Positions 9,425 to 19,582 are shown, counted from the stretch's first letter. The stretch: 64,000 nt of DNA from Nannocystales bacterium (GCA_050633305.1 JBOEGF010000001.1:172527-236526), one strand, 5' to 3'. Numbers and translations: made by a program. The notes: generated from the sequence alone by a model not told the origin.

Positions 9425-10207
9425 ATGTGGAACCGGCGCGGTTTTTTGGGCGGACTGGCGGCGGCGACGGTCTCGGGGACGGCGTGGGCCGGTCCTCGTC
9501 CGGTTGTGCGGCGTGACTTCGTCCTGTGTCTCGATGCGGGCCACGGTGGCGACAACGACGGATGTCGGTCTCGCGACGGGGTGTTGGAGAAGGATGTCAC
9601 CCTTCAAACCGTGCTCGCGCTTCGGGCAGCGGTGCTCGACCGACTGCCGCATGTTCAGGTGGTCCTGACCCGCGAGACGGATCGCTCCTGCACGCTGGCG
9701 GATCGCGTCGCGTTTGCGAACAGCGCGAAAGCGGACGCGTTCCTGAGCGTCCACACCAACGCTTCAGAGTCCCGCGCACAGCACGGGTTCGAGACGTACG
9801 TCCTCGATGCCCGGGCCAGCTCGCTCGAAGCTGCTCGTACGGCCCGTCGTGAGAACGACGAGGGGCTCGCGGAGCCGGGCACAGCGAAGTCGGGCGCCGA
9901 GGTCGACACGATGCTTCGCCAGCTCGAGATGGCCCAGCAGCGGGTCTCGGCTGGGCGCTTGGCCAAGGCGATTCAGGGGCATCAACAGCACGCGTTCCCA
10001 GATCGGCTCGATCGCGGGGTTCGTCAGGCTCCGTTTGACGTCTTGATGGGAGCCCGCATGCCTGCGGTGCTCTTCGAGTCGGGTTTCCTCGATCACGCGG
10101 AGGAAGGCGCCCTGCTGATGAGCGACGCGGGCATGACCCGTGTGGTCTCCAGCTTGACTGACGCGGTCGTCGACTTCTACCGTCTACAAGCCCGCACGGG
10201 CTCGTAG
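9425..10207 (+). CDS. N-acetylmuramoyl-L-alanine amidase (Amidase_3) with Tat signal
   Basis: MWNRRGFLGG twin-arginine signal; LDAGHGG, EKDVTL, FLSVHTN, PAVLFESGFL zinc/catalytic motifs. Confidence 0.92.
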   Translation: MWNRRGFLGGLAAATVSGTAWAGPRPVVRRDFVLCLDAGHGGDNDGCRSRDGVLEKDVTLQTVLALRAAVLDRLPHVQVVLTRETDRSCTLADRVAFANSAKADAFLSVHTNASESRAQHGFETYVLDARASSLEAARTARRENDEGLAEPGTAKSGAEVDTMLRQLEMAQQRVSAGRLAKAIQGHQQHAFPDRLDRGVRQAPFDVLMGARMPAVLFESGFLDHAEEGALLMSDAGMTRVVSSLTDAVVDFYRLQARTGS

Positions 10208-10226
10208 AGCGCCGCGGGGCGTGCGG

Positions 10227-10997
10227 TCAGCTGCCGTCGCCTTCGCCTTCACCGACGGTCGCGTCCAGCACCGTGAGTGTGTGGTCGTCGAGGAGGACCT
10301 GACCGTCCGAGGTGGCCAGCTCTGCGTGTACGATCGCTTCGCGACCGGCGAGCTCGGCGGGGGCGTACGTCTTGGGGATGACCAGCCACACCGAGATGAA
10401 CTCGTAGTCCACCCCCTCCTCGTCGGAGAGCGAGAACGGTACGGGGTAGTCGAGGTACGCGGCGAAGTGCCCCGAGGGGTGGTCCGACGGAATGCCTTCG
10501 ATGTCGGTCCAGACCGACAACACCGGGGTGTCGGGATGATCGAAGTCAAACGGATCCGCAGGAACAGGGAAGCCGCTTCCTCTCAATGGGAGCGAGAACA
10601 TCATGAATCCCTGGGGCCCGAGCGTGAGCGGAAGCTCGTCCTCGAACGGGAAGAACTCGTCCAGCCCGTGGCCGATCTCAATCCAGCCGTTCTCGGTCGT
10701 CCCCGTGTCGGACCCGCTCTCGGAAGCCGTCGGATCTGTCGTCGTGGGGCTGTCGGTCGGGTCGGTCGTCGGGTTGGTGGGACCGCTGTCGCTCGCGGTC
10801 GTCGTTGAGGACGCTGAACTCGTTGCTGTGGTCGCGGTGTCGGCCGACGTCGTGGCCGGTCCACCGGTCGACCCGTCCTCGCCGGTCGCATCCGCGCCAC
10901 CCGAACCCTCCGTAGCAGGCGTGCTGTCGCACCCCGCGGCGATCGCGAGTCCCACCGCGATCGCAACACGTCCCAAGCCCCGAAACCTCCAAACCAT
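10227..10997 (-). CDS. Hypothetical lipoprotein with Thr/Ser-rich linker
   Basis: Lipobox IAAGC, long T/S/G/D linker, globular C-terminal domain. Confidence 0.75.
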   Translation of the reverse strand: MVWRFRGLGRVAIAVGLAIAAGCDSTPATEGSGGADATGEDGSTGGPATTSADTATTATSSASSTTTASDSGPTNPTTDPTDSPTTTDPTASESGSDTGTTENGWIEIGHGLDEFFPFEDELPLTLGPQGFMMFSLPLRGSGFPVPADPFDFDHPDTPVLSVWTDIEGIPSDHPSGHFAAYLDYPVPFSLSDEEGVDYEFISVWLVIPKTYAPAELAGREAIVHAELATSDGQVLLDDHTLTVLDATVGEGEGDGS

Positions 10998-11057
10998 GCA
11001 GGGAGCATGCGGGCCGGTGGGCTCCGACGCAAATCGCAGCTGCTAGACTTGCGCAGG

Positions 11058-12446
11058 ATGCGACGGATCATCGCAGCCGCGGGCGCCGTCTGCCTTGGCG
11101 GCCTTGGATGTGCTCGGTTGAACCCGGAGTTCGCATCCGGGCAGAGCGCCGCCGAGAGTGCGCAGACCTCCAGCGGGTCGAGCCGCGGCGGGTCCGAGAC
11201 CGACGCCAACGACCTATCGAGTGCGGCTTCGGCGAGCGCGTCTGACTCCACGGGCGATGAGACCGGTACGGGTCCGGGTCCCCACGTCTGTGGGAACGGT
11301 GACCGCGAGCCCGGAGAGGAGTGCGACGACGGCAACCTCGACTGGGGTGATGGGTGCGACGAGTACTGCGAGCGCGAGCCCTACTTCGAGTGGGTCCATG
11401 AGTTGGACTTCGAGGATGGCATCGCGCAGCGGTTCAACGACGTCGCCCTGGTCGGTGACGTGGTCGTCGCTGCCGGTCGAGGGGAAGACGTGGCGTCCCC
11501 GGAACACCTGGTGCGGCTCGTCTCGCTGGCGACCGAAGATGGCAGCGTACTGGATGAGCTGACGATCGGTGCGGGCGCTGGTATCGGGGGCGAGGCTCGG
11601 GGCGTCGCGGCGCGAGGGGCCGAGGTCTATTTTGCGGGGCGAAGCAACGAGCCGGGGGTCAGCGCGGTCGTGGGGATGACCGAGCTGGACGGGACCGGGG
11701 CGTTCGGAGCCCCGATGGACTTCCAGACCATGGGCACCCGCTCCAAGGGCATCGCGTTTCAGGGCTCGGGGGTGCTGGTCACCAACGGCCAGTACAACGC
11801 CGACGGGTTCGGTCTCGCGAGCTGCAGCGTTGCCCGAGGGTGCACAGGGTGGGTGAGCGACGAGCAGGGCAGCCAGCTCGATGCGGTGGCGACCTCCGGC
11901 GAGGAGATCTTCGTCGCCGGGTTGCGCGGGGGGTCGCCGCACATCTTCGAGGTCGTGGACCCGACGCACGAGGACGGCTTGCTCCCGGTCTTCGACGACC
12001 TCCGGCCAGGCCGATTTCAGGCGCTCGCCATCCGCGGAGACACCCTCTACGCCGCGGGAAGCGTGGTCACCGATGGCGACGAGGACGCGTGGGTCGTCGC
12101 GTATTCCCTGTCCAAGGCCGACCTCGTGTGGGAGGAACGGGTCGACGGTGGCTCGATGCTCGACGACGAGTTCGAAGACTTGGCGCTCACCGACGACGGC
12201 AGCCTTGTCGTCGTCGGAATGCTCGGTACGCCGCCGGTTCCCGTTGTGTTCGAGTACGGCCCACAAGGTGCGCCGAGATGGGGCTTGTCCTCGGCACCGG
12301 GACCCGGCGTCGACTCGGGCCACGCTCGGGGCGTTGCGGTGGACGGCGAGGCGATCTACGTGGCCGGGGAGTGGCGGGAGACGTACTCTCCGGGCGACGG
12401 CGCCGAGGGCACAAGCGTGGGCTTCGTCGCGAAGATCTTCCGCTAG
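11058..12446 (+). CDS. Lipoprotein with Myxococcus-type Cys-rich repeat (DUF4215-like) and beta-propeller
   Basis: Start re-chosen at MRRIIAAAGAVCLGGLGC; CGNGDREPGEECDDGNLDWGDGCDEYC repeat; propeller-like blades (..YAAG, ..YVAG). Confidence 0.8.
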   Translation: MRRIIAAAGAVCLGGLGCARLNPEFASGQSAAESAQTSSGSSRGGSETDANDLSSAASASASDSTGDETGTGPGPHVCGNGDREPGEECDDGNLDWGDGCDEYCEREPYFEWVHELDFEDGIAQRFNDVALVGDVVVAAGRGEDVASPEHLVRLVSLATEDGSVLDELTIGAGAGIGGEARGVAARGAEVYFAGRSNEPGVSAVVGMTELDGTGAFGAPMDFQTMGTRSKGIAFQGSGVLVTNGQYNADGFGLASCSVARGCTGWVSDEQGSQLDAVATSGEEIFVAGLRGGSPHIFEVVDPTHEDGLLPVFDDLRPGRFQALAIRGDTLYAAGSVVTDGDEDAWVVAYSLSKADLVWEERVDGGSMLDDEFEDLALTDDGSLVVVGMLGTPPVPVVFEYGPQGAPRWGLSSAPGPGVDSGHARGVAVDGEAIYVAGEWRETYSPGDGAEGTSVGFVAKIFR

Positions 12447-12502
12447 CCTGCTTCCACCGCCTCGGAGGTCCCGATGGCCGCTGGGAGACATCCAAGGGTG
12501 CA

Positions 12503-12541
12503 GAAAAGCAAAGCCCCACGATGGCGAACCATCGTGGGGCT
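12503..12541 (-). terminator. Rho-independent terminator of tRNA-His
   Basis: Minus strand reads GCCCCACGATGG-TTCG-CCATCGTGGGGC followed by TTTGCTTTTC. Confidence 0.85.
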
Positions 12542-12544
12542 GAG

Positions 12545-12619
12545 GGCGGGCGACGGGTCTTGAACCCGCGACCTCTGGTACCACAAACCAGCGCTCTAAC
12601 CAGCTGAGCTACGCCCGCC
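12545..12619 (-). tRNA. tRNA-His (GTG)
   Basis: GGCGGGCGTAGCTCAGCTGGTTAGAGCGCTGGTTTGTGGTACCAGAGGTCGCGGGTTCAAGACCCGTCGCCCGCC folds as a cloverleaf with G-1:C73 and anticodon GTG; CCA not encoded. Confidence 0.96.
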
Positions 12620-12748
12620 GCGAGGGAGCGGCTATGTAGCACGAGGGGGCGGGGAAAGCCAAACGGATTTTGCGCTCCCCCCTCGCGCAGGACCCGCAGC
12701 CCGGCGGGAGGCGTGGAGGTTTGGGCGCGGTCGTGGCAGCGTCGGGCC

Positions 12749-13111
12749 GTGCCCTCGCAGCCATCCAAGTCGCTGGAGACGTTCCCCAATCCGAAACCGG
12801 AGCGGGACTTCGAGATTCGGTTCAACTGCCCGGAGTTCACGTGCGTGTGTCCCAAGACCGGGCAGCCCGACTTCGCCACGATCCGCATCAACTACGTGCC
12901 GGACCAGACCTGTGTCGAGCTCAAGAGCTTGAAGCTGTACCTGTGGTCCTACCGAGATGAAGGCGCGTTCCATGAGGCCGTCACCAACCAGATCCTCGAT
13001 GACCTCGTCGCGGCGACTCAGCCGCGCAAGATGACCGTGGAGGGGGACTTCTGGGTCCGCGGTGGGATCGGAACCGTGATCGTGGCGAGCTACACCCAGG
13101 ACGACGCATGA
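12749..13111 (+). CDS. queF: NADPH-dependent preQ0 reductase (type I, unimodular)
   Basis: [29 protein letters not shown] (QueF motif), FHE, VRGGI; start re-chosen at GTG 12749. Confidence 0.95.
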   Translation: MPSQPSKSLETFPNPKPERDFEIRFNCPEFTCVCPKTGQPDFATIRINYVPDQTCVELKSLKLYLWSYRDEGAFHEAVTNQILDDLVAATQPRKMTVEGDFWVRGGIGTVIVASYTQDDA

Positions 13112-14619
13112 GTGAGGCGCCGCTGCAAGGTTCGGCGAGCGTGGCTGGGACTCGGCGCGGAGCCGACAGCTTCGGGGCAGGCGCTCGTGTGCTGGGTCGA
13201 ACTGGGTTGACCGTCTCGCCGGTGAGCTTTGGGGCGGCTCGCGTTCGGGACGACGCACCGCTCCATCGGCGGGCGCTGGCGGATGCGCTCCGCGGGGGCG
13301 TCAACCTGATCGATACGAGCGCCCACGCGACCGGCGGGAGCAGCGAGCGCTTGGTCGGCCGCATGCTCGCGAATCTCGTGCAGCACGGCGAGCTCCGACG
13401 CGAACAGGTCGTGGTGATCACCCGGGTCGGTCAAGCTCGCGGGGCCGATCTCGCGACCTTGTGCGCCGCTGCCCCCGATGACGAACTCGTCGAGCTCGGC
13501 GAAGACCGGGGGCATTGCATTCATCCCGACTTCCTCCGTGCGCAGCTCGACCAGTCGCTCGAGCGCCTGGGTCTGCAGCGACTCGATGTCGTGCTGCTGC
13601 ACGATCCGGAGTTGTTTACGGTCGATGCGACGTTCACCGTTGAGGCGCTGGAGGACCGGTTGCGCCGTGCATTCGAAGCCCTGGAAGGATGGGTGGAGGA
13701 GGGGCGAATCGGCGCGTACGGGGTGAGCAGCAACGGCTTTGCGGAGCCGGTTGACTCCCCTCGATCGACCTCCGTGGCACGCATGGTGGAGCTCGCGGCC
13801 GAGGTCGCGGGAGACGGCCACCACTTCAGCGTGGCTCGAATGCCGCTCAACCTCTTCGAGTTGGGTGCACTCCAGCCTCGTGCGGGCGCGCCATCCAACC
13901 TCGATGCCGCAGCGGCCGCGGACATCGGCGTGCTCACACACCGCTCCCTCGAAGCGCTCGTCGAGCGCGGCGAGGAAACGTCGTTGGTCCGGCTGGCGGA
14001 CGTGCCCGAGGCGGGTGGGGACCTCGACGTTGCAGCGGGTGTGCTCGCAAGGGTTCGCAAGCTCGAAGCGGAGTGGGCGATGGGGTTGGGCCAGCAGCTG
14101 ATGGTCGGGCCCGGAGAGAACGCGGTCGACTTGTTCCGCTGGGGGCAAGAGCTGGCGCCTCGGTTGTCGTCGATGGGCCTGGAACAGTGGACGCGGCTTC
14201 GGCACGACGTCATCGCGACGCACCTGGGACGCACGAGTGCCGCGCTTCTTGCAGCACTCGAGGGAGAGACTCGCAGCGCGTTCTCTGCGTGGTGGGAACG
14301 ATACGGGACGACCCTGCACGAGGCATTCGAGGCGATCGAGGCGGCGCTCCGTTCGGCCCGTCGCGATCTCGCCCGCCGCGTCTGTACCGCTTTGGACCCC
14401 CAGCTCCCGGCTCCGTGGCGCGCCCTCCCGTTGTCGAACAAGGCGATCCTCAGCGCGTTGTCTGCCCCGGTCTCGACCGTCGCGGTGGGCATGCGTCAGC
14501 CCGGCTATGTGCACGACGTCTTGAGCTTGCGGGAACATCCGGTCCGCCTGTTGGGGGCGTCGGCGGGCCCGCTCGACTTCGTCGCCGTGCGGGAAGCCAT
14601 GGATACGGTGACCGCATGA
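13108..14619 (+). CDS. Aldo/keto reductase-fold protein with large insertion
   Basis: [53 protein letters not shown] overlap with queF. Confidence 0.8.
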   Translation: MSEAPLQGSASVAGTRRGADSFGAGARVLGRTGLTVSPVSFGAARVRDDAPLHRRALADALRGGVNLIDTSAHATGGSSERLVGRMLANLVQHGELRREQVVVITRVGQARGADLATLCAAAPDDELVELGEDRGHCIHPDFLRAQLDQSLERLGLQRLDVVLLHDPELFTVDATFTVEALEDRLRRAFEALEGWVEEGRIGAYGVSSNGFAEPVDSPRSTSVARMVELAAEVAGDGHHFSVARMPLNLFELGALQPRAGAPSNLDAAAAADIGVLTHRSLEALVERGEETSLVRLADVPEAGGDLDVAAGVLARVRKLEAEWAMGLGQQLMVGPGENAVDLFRWGQELAPRLSSMGLEQWTRLRHDVIATHLGRTSAALLAALEGETRSAFSAWWERYGTTLHEAFEAIEAALRSARRDLARRVCTALDPQLPAPWRALPLSNKAILSALSAPVSTVAVGMRQPGYVHDVLSLREHPVRLLGASAGPLDFVAVREAMDTVTA

Positions 14620-14678
14620 GCGTTCGGATCCATTGACCCTCGGCGCGGACGCGGGCTACGGTCGCCCCGAGAGATCCG

Positions 14679-16061
14679 ATGTTCTCCGCGCTCGCATCCA
14701 CCTTTGCTCAGGTCGCGCTCGCGGCCTTCTTGTCGTTCGCCGACCCCCTGTCCTTCGAGTACTCGGGGCAGACCGATAGCAACGGGAAGGCCTTCTTGGT
14801 GGTCAAAGCCAACCAGCCGATCGACGATGTACAGGTTGTGATCAGCGGCGATGGCCAGACCGTCAAAAAGTCGCTGGGGTCGATGAAGTCCGGGCAGACG
14901 GCCAAGGTGGTCTGGAAGCAGGGCTCCAGCCGCGCGAAATATCAGCTCGACGTCGAAGGAGAGGGCGTGGAGGCCAACTTTGCGTTCGAGATCGTCAAGG
15001 CGGTCGCGGGCAAGAAATCCGGCGGAAAACTCGGCCAGTTCAAGGTCCGCAGCAGTCGCGAGGACGTGATCAAGCGAAACACCGCCGAGTTCGAGACCAC
15101 GTTCGACCTCACCTCGTACGAGTACAAGATCTACGACTCGGATGGCGAGGTCATGGATGCCCAGACCGTCCCCGAGGGGGTCAAGGCGGGCGAGGCCATC
15201 ACCATCAAATGGGCGACCGCCGGCGAGGTGTTCATGATCTTCGTCCGTGGAGAGGACGAGTTCGGTCGTTTCACCGAGTACAAGCTCGTGCCCTGGGCGG
15301 TCGAAATCCCGCACACCGAGATCAACTTCGACAGCGGCAAGTTCGACGTCAAGACCGACGAGGCGGCCAAGCTCGACGAGGCCCTCGCTGTCGCATTTCA
15401 CGAGTTGGTCGCCTTGGACAAGGTCAACAAGGCCGTCGGTGCCAACCTCACGCCCAAGCTCTACATCGTGGGTTACACCGACACGGTCGGCGGAGCCAGC
15501 GGCAACCAGAAACTCTCGAACAGTCGGTCGAAGGCGATCGCCGAGTACTTCCGCGACCGCGGGTTCTGGGCAGAGATTCACTATGCGGGAATGGGCGAGC
15601 GCGGGCTTCGGGTGGAGACGGGAGACGGGGTTGACGAGGTCCGGAACCGCCGAGCGCTGTATCTGCTGGGCGTCCAGCAGCCGGCAGGCGGCGGACAGAT
15701 CCCGACTCGCTGGGCCCGGCTGATCGGCCAGCGGACGCAGCCCGCGGGGTTCGTGTTGCCCGAGCTCCCGGAGCGGTGGAAGAACTACCGCGAAGATCGG
15801 CAAGCGGAAGCCGCCTCTCAGAGCGAAGCCGAGGTCACGCCGGACGAAGGCGGGGATGGGTTGCCGAGCCGTTCGAGCGACGGCCTGATCGGTGAGACGG
15901 GGGACGAAACGCCAGAGTTCGAGTCCGGGGACGAGAATCCGCCCGAGATCGAAGGGGAGCCCGGCGCAACCAAGAAAGGCTGTTCCGTCTCCGGCGACGC
16001 CCCGCCAGCGCTGGGACTGCTGGTCCTGTTCGCGCTGGGCATGATGCGCCGACGGGACTAG
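14679..16061 (+). CDS. OmpA-like domain protein with MYXO-CTERM-type tail
   Basis: INFDSGK, IVGYTDTVG..NQKLSNSRSKAI, GMGE, NRR; C-terminus KKGCSVSG..LGLLVLFALGMMRRRD. Confidence 0.85.
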   Translation: MFSALASTFAQVALAAFLSFADPLSFEYSGQTDSNGKAFLVVKANQPIDDVQVVISGDGQTVKKSLGSMKSGQTAKVVWKQGSSRAKYQLDVEGEGVEANFAFEIVKAVAGKKSGGKLGQFKVRSSREDVIKRNTAEFETTFDLTSYEYKIYDSDGEVMDAQTVPEGVKAGEAITIKWATAGEVFMIFVRGEDEFGRFTEYKLVPWAVEIPHTEINFDSGKFDVKTDEAAKLDEALAVAFHELVALDKVNKAVGANLTPKLYIVGYTDTVGGASGNQKLSNSRSKAIAEYFRDRGFWAEIHYAGMGERGLRVETGDGVDEVRNRRALYLLGVQQPAGGGQIPTRWARLIGQRTQPAGFVLPELPERWKNYREDRQAEAASQSEAEVTPDEGGDGLPSRSSDGLIGETGDETPEFESGDENPPEIEGEPGATKKGCSVSGDAPPALGLLVLFALGMMRRRD

Positions 16062-16155
16062 CCGACGGAGCAAGAGGTTTGTGTCCGGGAAGGCGGCCGA
16101 TTCGTGGTGATGACCGCCACGGGCGGAGTCCGCCATTCGCGCGTAGTCTGTCTCC

Positions 16156-16938
16156 ATGAACTATCGGTTGGGGTTGTTGGGGGTGTTGGTGGTCCTTCCT
16201 TCGGTCGGTTGTGGAGAGGAGCCGCAGCCAGACGAGGTCGAGATCAACCTCGAGACTGTCGAGCGCGCCTTCGAACCGCTCGAATACGACAGCGGATGGG
16301 TGGAGGTGGCCACCGGCATCTCGGTCCAGCTGGTGGCGTCGCTGGAGACCGAAGTGGAGCAGACGGCCACCGTGCTGGCTCGGGGCGCCGAGCTCGAGCC
16401 GCAGCCGGACAGTGGGACGTTCCTGATCCGCGGCACGCTCGACATCGAGCTGTTCGCCGACGTGGACTCGAACGGTCAGGTTTTCCAGGGCTCGCTGGGG
16501 ACGTCTTCAGTGTCGGTCGAGTCGGAGCTGGCCACCTACGACCCCTTCCTGATCATGGAGTCGATCGTACCGCTGCTGAACACCCAGCAGCCCGGAGACG
16601 CCACGTTCAAGGAGGGGTTGCTGTCCTACCGGGTGCAGAACGGGTTTCGGATCTTGCCGACGTTGGAGGGCGTGTGTGTGGCGGTCGACGAGGATCGCGA
16701 GGTCATGCAGTACGTCAACGAGCTGGCATGGGAGGTCGAGTACGGCCCCAGCATCTGGGTTGGGCTCGACACGCCGTTGGGCGCACCGAGCCGGCTCGGT
16801 GAGGCTGGCATCACATTCTCGGCCGAGCTCACACCTCCGCGTCAGTTCGACCTTGGCACTCACGCGCTGGACAACGGAGCTGCGGTTGACGGTGTGGGGC
16901 CCTGCGGAGCGGTCGTGGACGGCGAACTCGTGGAGTGA
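16156..16938 (+). CDS. Hypothetical lipoprotein
   Basis: MNYRLGLLGVLVVLPSVGC lipobox; acidic beta-rich mature region. Confidence 0.75.
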   Translation: MNYRLGLLGVLVVLPSVGCGEEPQPDEVEINLETVERAFEPLEYDSGWVEVATGISVQLVASLETEVEQTATVLARGAELEPQPDSGTFLIRGTLDIELFADVDSNGQVFQGSLGTSSVSVESELATYDPFLIMESIVPLLNTQQPGDATFKEGLLSYRVQNGFRILPTLEGVCVAVDEDREVMQYVNELAWEVEYGPSIWVGLDTPLGAPSRLGEAGITFSAELTPPRQFDLGTHALDNGAAVDGVGPCGAVVDGELVE

Positions 16939-16956
16939 GCCTCCGGACGCTGGGCG

Positions 16957-18519
16957 CTACTGCTCCAATCCGTGGGGCCACGTCTGCACGCTTGCGCGGA
17001 GCGTCGCCAAGGTCGTTTCGACCGGCTTGGAGGTATCGAGCACAACGTGTTCGTCGACAGGGAGTTCGTCGATGCTCTCCCACTTGGCGACGAAGTCATC
17101 GAAGATCTCCAACCGGCCGTCGCTGACCGAGGCTCGTTTTGCGCGCTCGTGCAGCCGATCCTTGGCGATTGCGTAGTCGATACGGCACTCGACCAGGCGG
17201 AACGGAACCCCGTGCTGCGCCGCAAGCTCCCGAGCCCGTCCTCGGAGCGCTCGGCTTCGGAAAGAAGCGTCGACGATGACCGGTCGGCCCGAACGGAGCA
17301 CAACACCGCCGCGGCGGAACACTTCGGCATAGACCTCCTCGGTGAACTTGGGGTCGTAGGCGCCCTGCCAGGACCCATCGTGCACGGGCTGCGTCGCTCG
17401 AACCCCGATCATCTGCTTTCGGGTCCGGTCGGCGTCGACCACCGGGGCGCTCATCTCTTGGCTCAGACGGCCGCTGATCGTGCTCTTCCCGCTGGCGATG
17501 ACGCCACCGACAGCGACGACACAAGGGCCCAGCAGTGCCTGCCGACCGGAGGCGAGCGCGAGCATCAAGCAGCGGCGAGCCGACGCGATGGCGCGAGAAC
17601 GGTGGACCGAATCCACGCTGAGGTCGTCGGCAACAAATGATGCGATCTTGCCGCGGACGAACGCTCGGTACCCTTCGTAGAAATCCAGGACCTCGTACAG
17701 GTCGAAGTCGCCGCTGGCCTTGGCGTACTCGGCGACCAAGTGCTCGCTCAGCTCCACGTGCCCGTGCGCGCTGAGATCCATGGCGAGGAAAGCCAGGTCC
17801 GAGGCGACGTCCGCGTAGCGGAATCGATCGTTGAACTCGATGCAGTCCAGCACGGTGATGGAACCGTCGTCGCCCAAGTAGACGTGCTCGAGGCGGAGGT
17901 CGCCGTGTCCATCCCGGACCCGGCCCGCTTCGATGCGGGCGTCGAACCGCTCCGCTCGTCGCTGTACGGAGGTCAGTTGTGCTTCGGTGAGTTCGAGGAT
18001 CTGAGACTCGCTCAGGTAGCGGCGCAGAGGGGTCTGGGCGAAGTTCTCCCGGACGTTGGTGGCGATCGCATCGGCGGTGCCGAACGCCGAGGTCTCTGCA
18101 TCACTGCGCGCTTGGGCATGAAACTCGGCCAGGCGCTCTGCGATACGGGTGATGTCGGAGGGGTTCAGCCGGCCCTGAGCCAGGCGAATGTCCGCGCGAT
18201 CGCTGTCGTCGAGTCGGCGCATGTGGACGGCCCACTCGACGACCTCTCCGTCGCCTTCGAGGCTGAGTCGTTCTCCGTCACGTCGAACGGGGACAACACC
18301 GAGGTAGACGTCGGATGCGAGCCTGCGGTTGAGTTCGACCTCGCGCTCACAGGCGGCCTTGCGTCGCGCCAGGGTGGAGAAATCGAGGAAGCCGAGTTCG
18401 ACCGGCTTCTTGATCTTGAGGACGTCGGTCTCCCGGAGCAACACCCAGGAGATGTGCGTCTCAAGAAGCTCCACCGACTCTGAGGTGAGGTCGCGAAGGA
18501 TGTCGTCGCGGGTGATCAC
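16957..18519 (-). CDS. Bifunctional aminoglycoside-phosphotransferase-like / P-loop kinase (COG2187+COG0645 type)
   Basis: ETHISWVLL, KKPVELGFLDFSTL, HGDLRLEHV, DCIEFN; C-terminal Walker A GVIASGKST. Confidence 0.9.
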   Translation of the reverse strand: MITRDDILRDLTSESVELLETHISWVLLRETDVLKIKKPVELGFLDFSTLARRKAACEREVELNRRLASDVYLGVVPVRRDGERLSLEGDGEVVEWAVHMRRLDDSDRADIRLAQGRLNPSDITRIAERLAEFHAQARSDAETSAFGTADAIATNVRENFAQTPLRRYLSESQILELTEAQLTSVQRRAERFDARIEAGRVRDGHGDLRLEHVYLGDDGSITVLDCIEFNDRFRYADVASDLAFLAMDLSAHGHVELSEHLVAEYAKASGDFDLYEVLDFYEGYRAFVRGKIASFVADDLSVDSVHRSRAIASARRCLMLALASGRQALLGPCVVAVGGVIASGKSTISGRLSQEMSAPVVDADRTRKQMIGVRATQPVHDGSWQGAYDPKFTEEVYAEVFRRGGVVLRSGRPVIVDASFRSRALRGRARELAAQHGVPFRLVECRIDYAIAKDRLHERAKRASVSDGRLEIFDDFVAKWESIDELPVDEHVVLDTSKPVETTLATLRASVQTWPHGLEQ

Positions 18520-18655
18520 GACGCGAGCCTACCCGGATGGCGTCGGTGCGGGGTGCGGGGTGACGCAACACCGAGGTGAGGTCAGGGGCCCCGCGTGTTC
18601 GCAGGGGGATCCTCCCGAGAGGGAGGCAGGATGAGCTTGGGGAGCCGCCGAACCT

Positions 18656-19423
18656 TCACGCCGCGACGTCTTTGGGAAACTTCCGGACCCGCCACAGGTG
18701 TCGAACGCCGCCACGCACCGTGCGCGGCATCCGGGTGAAGTAGCGCATGGCCGAGGGAACGGTGCCGAAGGTGCGCTCGACCTCCTCGAACTTGCCTTCG
18801 ATGTTCTCGCGTCGCAGCGGGCTCACCTGTGGGTTGCGTCGGTACTCGGCCAGGTGGTCCAGGAGGCGTGCGTGATACTCGGGGTCCTCGACGATGGCGC
18901 GGATCGACTCCGCGCGAGGGTGGGTGCCGTCGAGGATGGTCTTGATCTGCCGCTCCATCTCGTCGAGGCCGTCCTCGAACGAGGCGAGCAGCTGAAAGTC
19001 GTAGTGCGGGTTGGCGTGCACCACCTGCATAACGTGGCCGATGATGGCGTCGCGGGTGCTGTTGAAGCCGGTGGGGTCGATCAGCGAGGCCGGGTCATCG
19101 AGGAATCGCAGCAGCGTGTGGAACCGGAAGTTGATGCCCTTGCCGTCGTAGTAGTCCGCCGCGGCCGGGACGATGAAGAAGCGCAGCATGTCGAGCGCAC
19201 CGACCATCCTCTGCGTTCGGTTGGGGATCTCCTCGATGTAGCCGAGCCGCTTGAGACGCTGAAGCCGTGGGAGAACGTTCTCGTCGCGGCCGTACTCGAG
19301 CAGTGCTGTGCGAAGTTTGCGCACTTTCTCCCGAAACTCCTTCGGGCTGCCCATGGTTTGCTTCACAAGCACCCAGGGCTCCTCGGAAAGACGGATGGGG
19401 GCTTCGTTCGCGGCGCGTTCCAC
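18656..19423 (-). CDS. Conserved-looking hypothetical protein
   Basis: Typical GC3-rich codon use and globular composition; start uncertain (GTG 19423 or 19483). Confidence 0.7.
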   Translation of the reverse strand: MERAANEAPIRLSEEPWVLVKQTMGSPKEFREKVRKLRTALLEYGRDENVLPRLQRLKRLGYIEEIPNRTQRMVGALDMLRFFIVPAAADYYDGKGINFRFHTLLRFLDDPASLIDPTGFNSTRDAIIGHVMQVVHANPHYDFQLLASFEDGLDEMERQIKTILDGTHPRAESIRAIVEDPEYHARLLDHLAEYRRNPQVSPLRRENIEGKFEEVERTFGTVPSAMRYFTRMPRTVRGGVRHLWRVRKFPKDVAA

Positions 19424-19582
19424 TGAACTAACCCTAACGTCGCGAACGCGGTGTGCAACCCGTTGCGCACTCAACCGTGCCACAAATCTGTGTCACGGTC
19501 GAAACCGATCCTGCGCGCGGAACGCTGCGTGTGTCGCGCATCGGCCCGGATCCCGTGAGAGACCGATCGGCGCTCTAGGACA

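Noticed and set aside
10227..12619. tRNA-His as the integration site of a genomic island
   Set aside because: No integrase, no duplicated tRNA 3' end noticed, an intact terminator directly downstream, and no obvious compositional shift.
16957..18519. Aminoglycoside resistance gene
   Set aside because: The APH-like fold fused to a P-loop kinase is a widespread family of unknown substrate; nothing here supports a resistance function.
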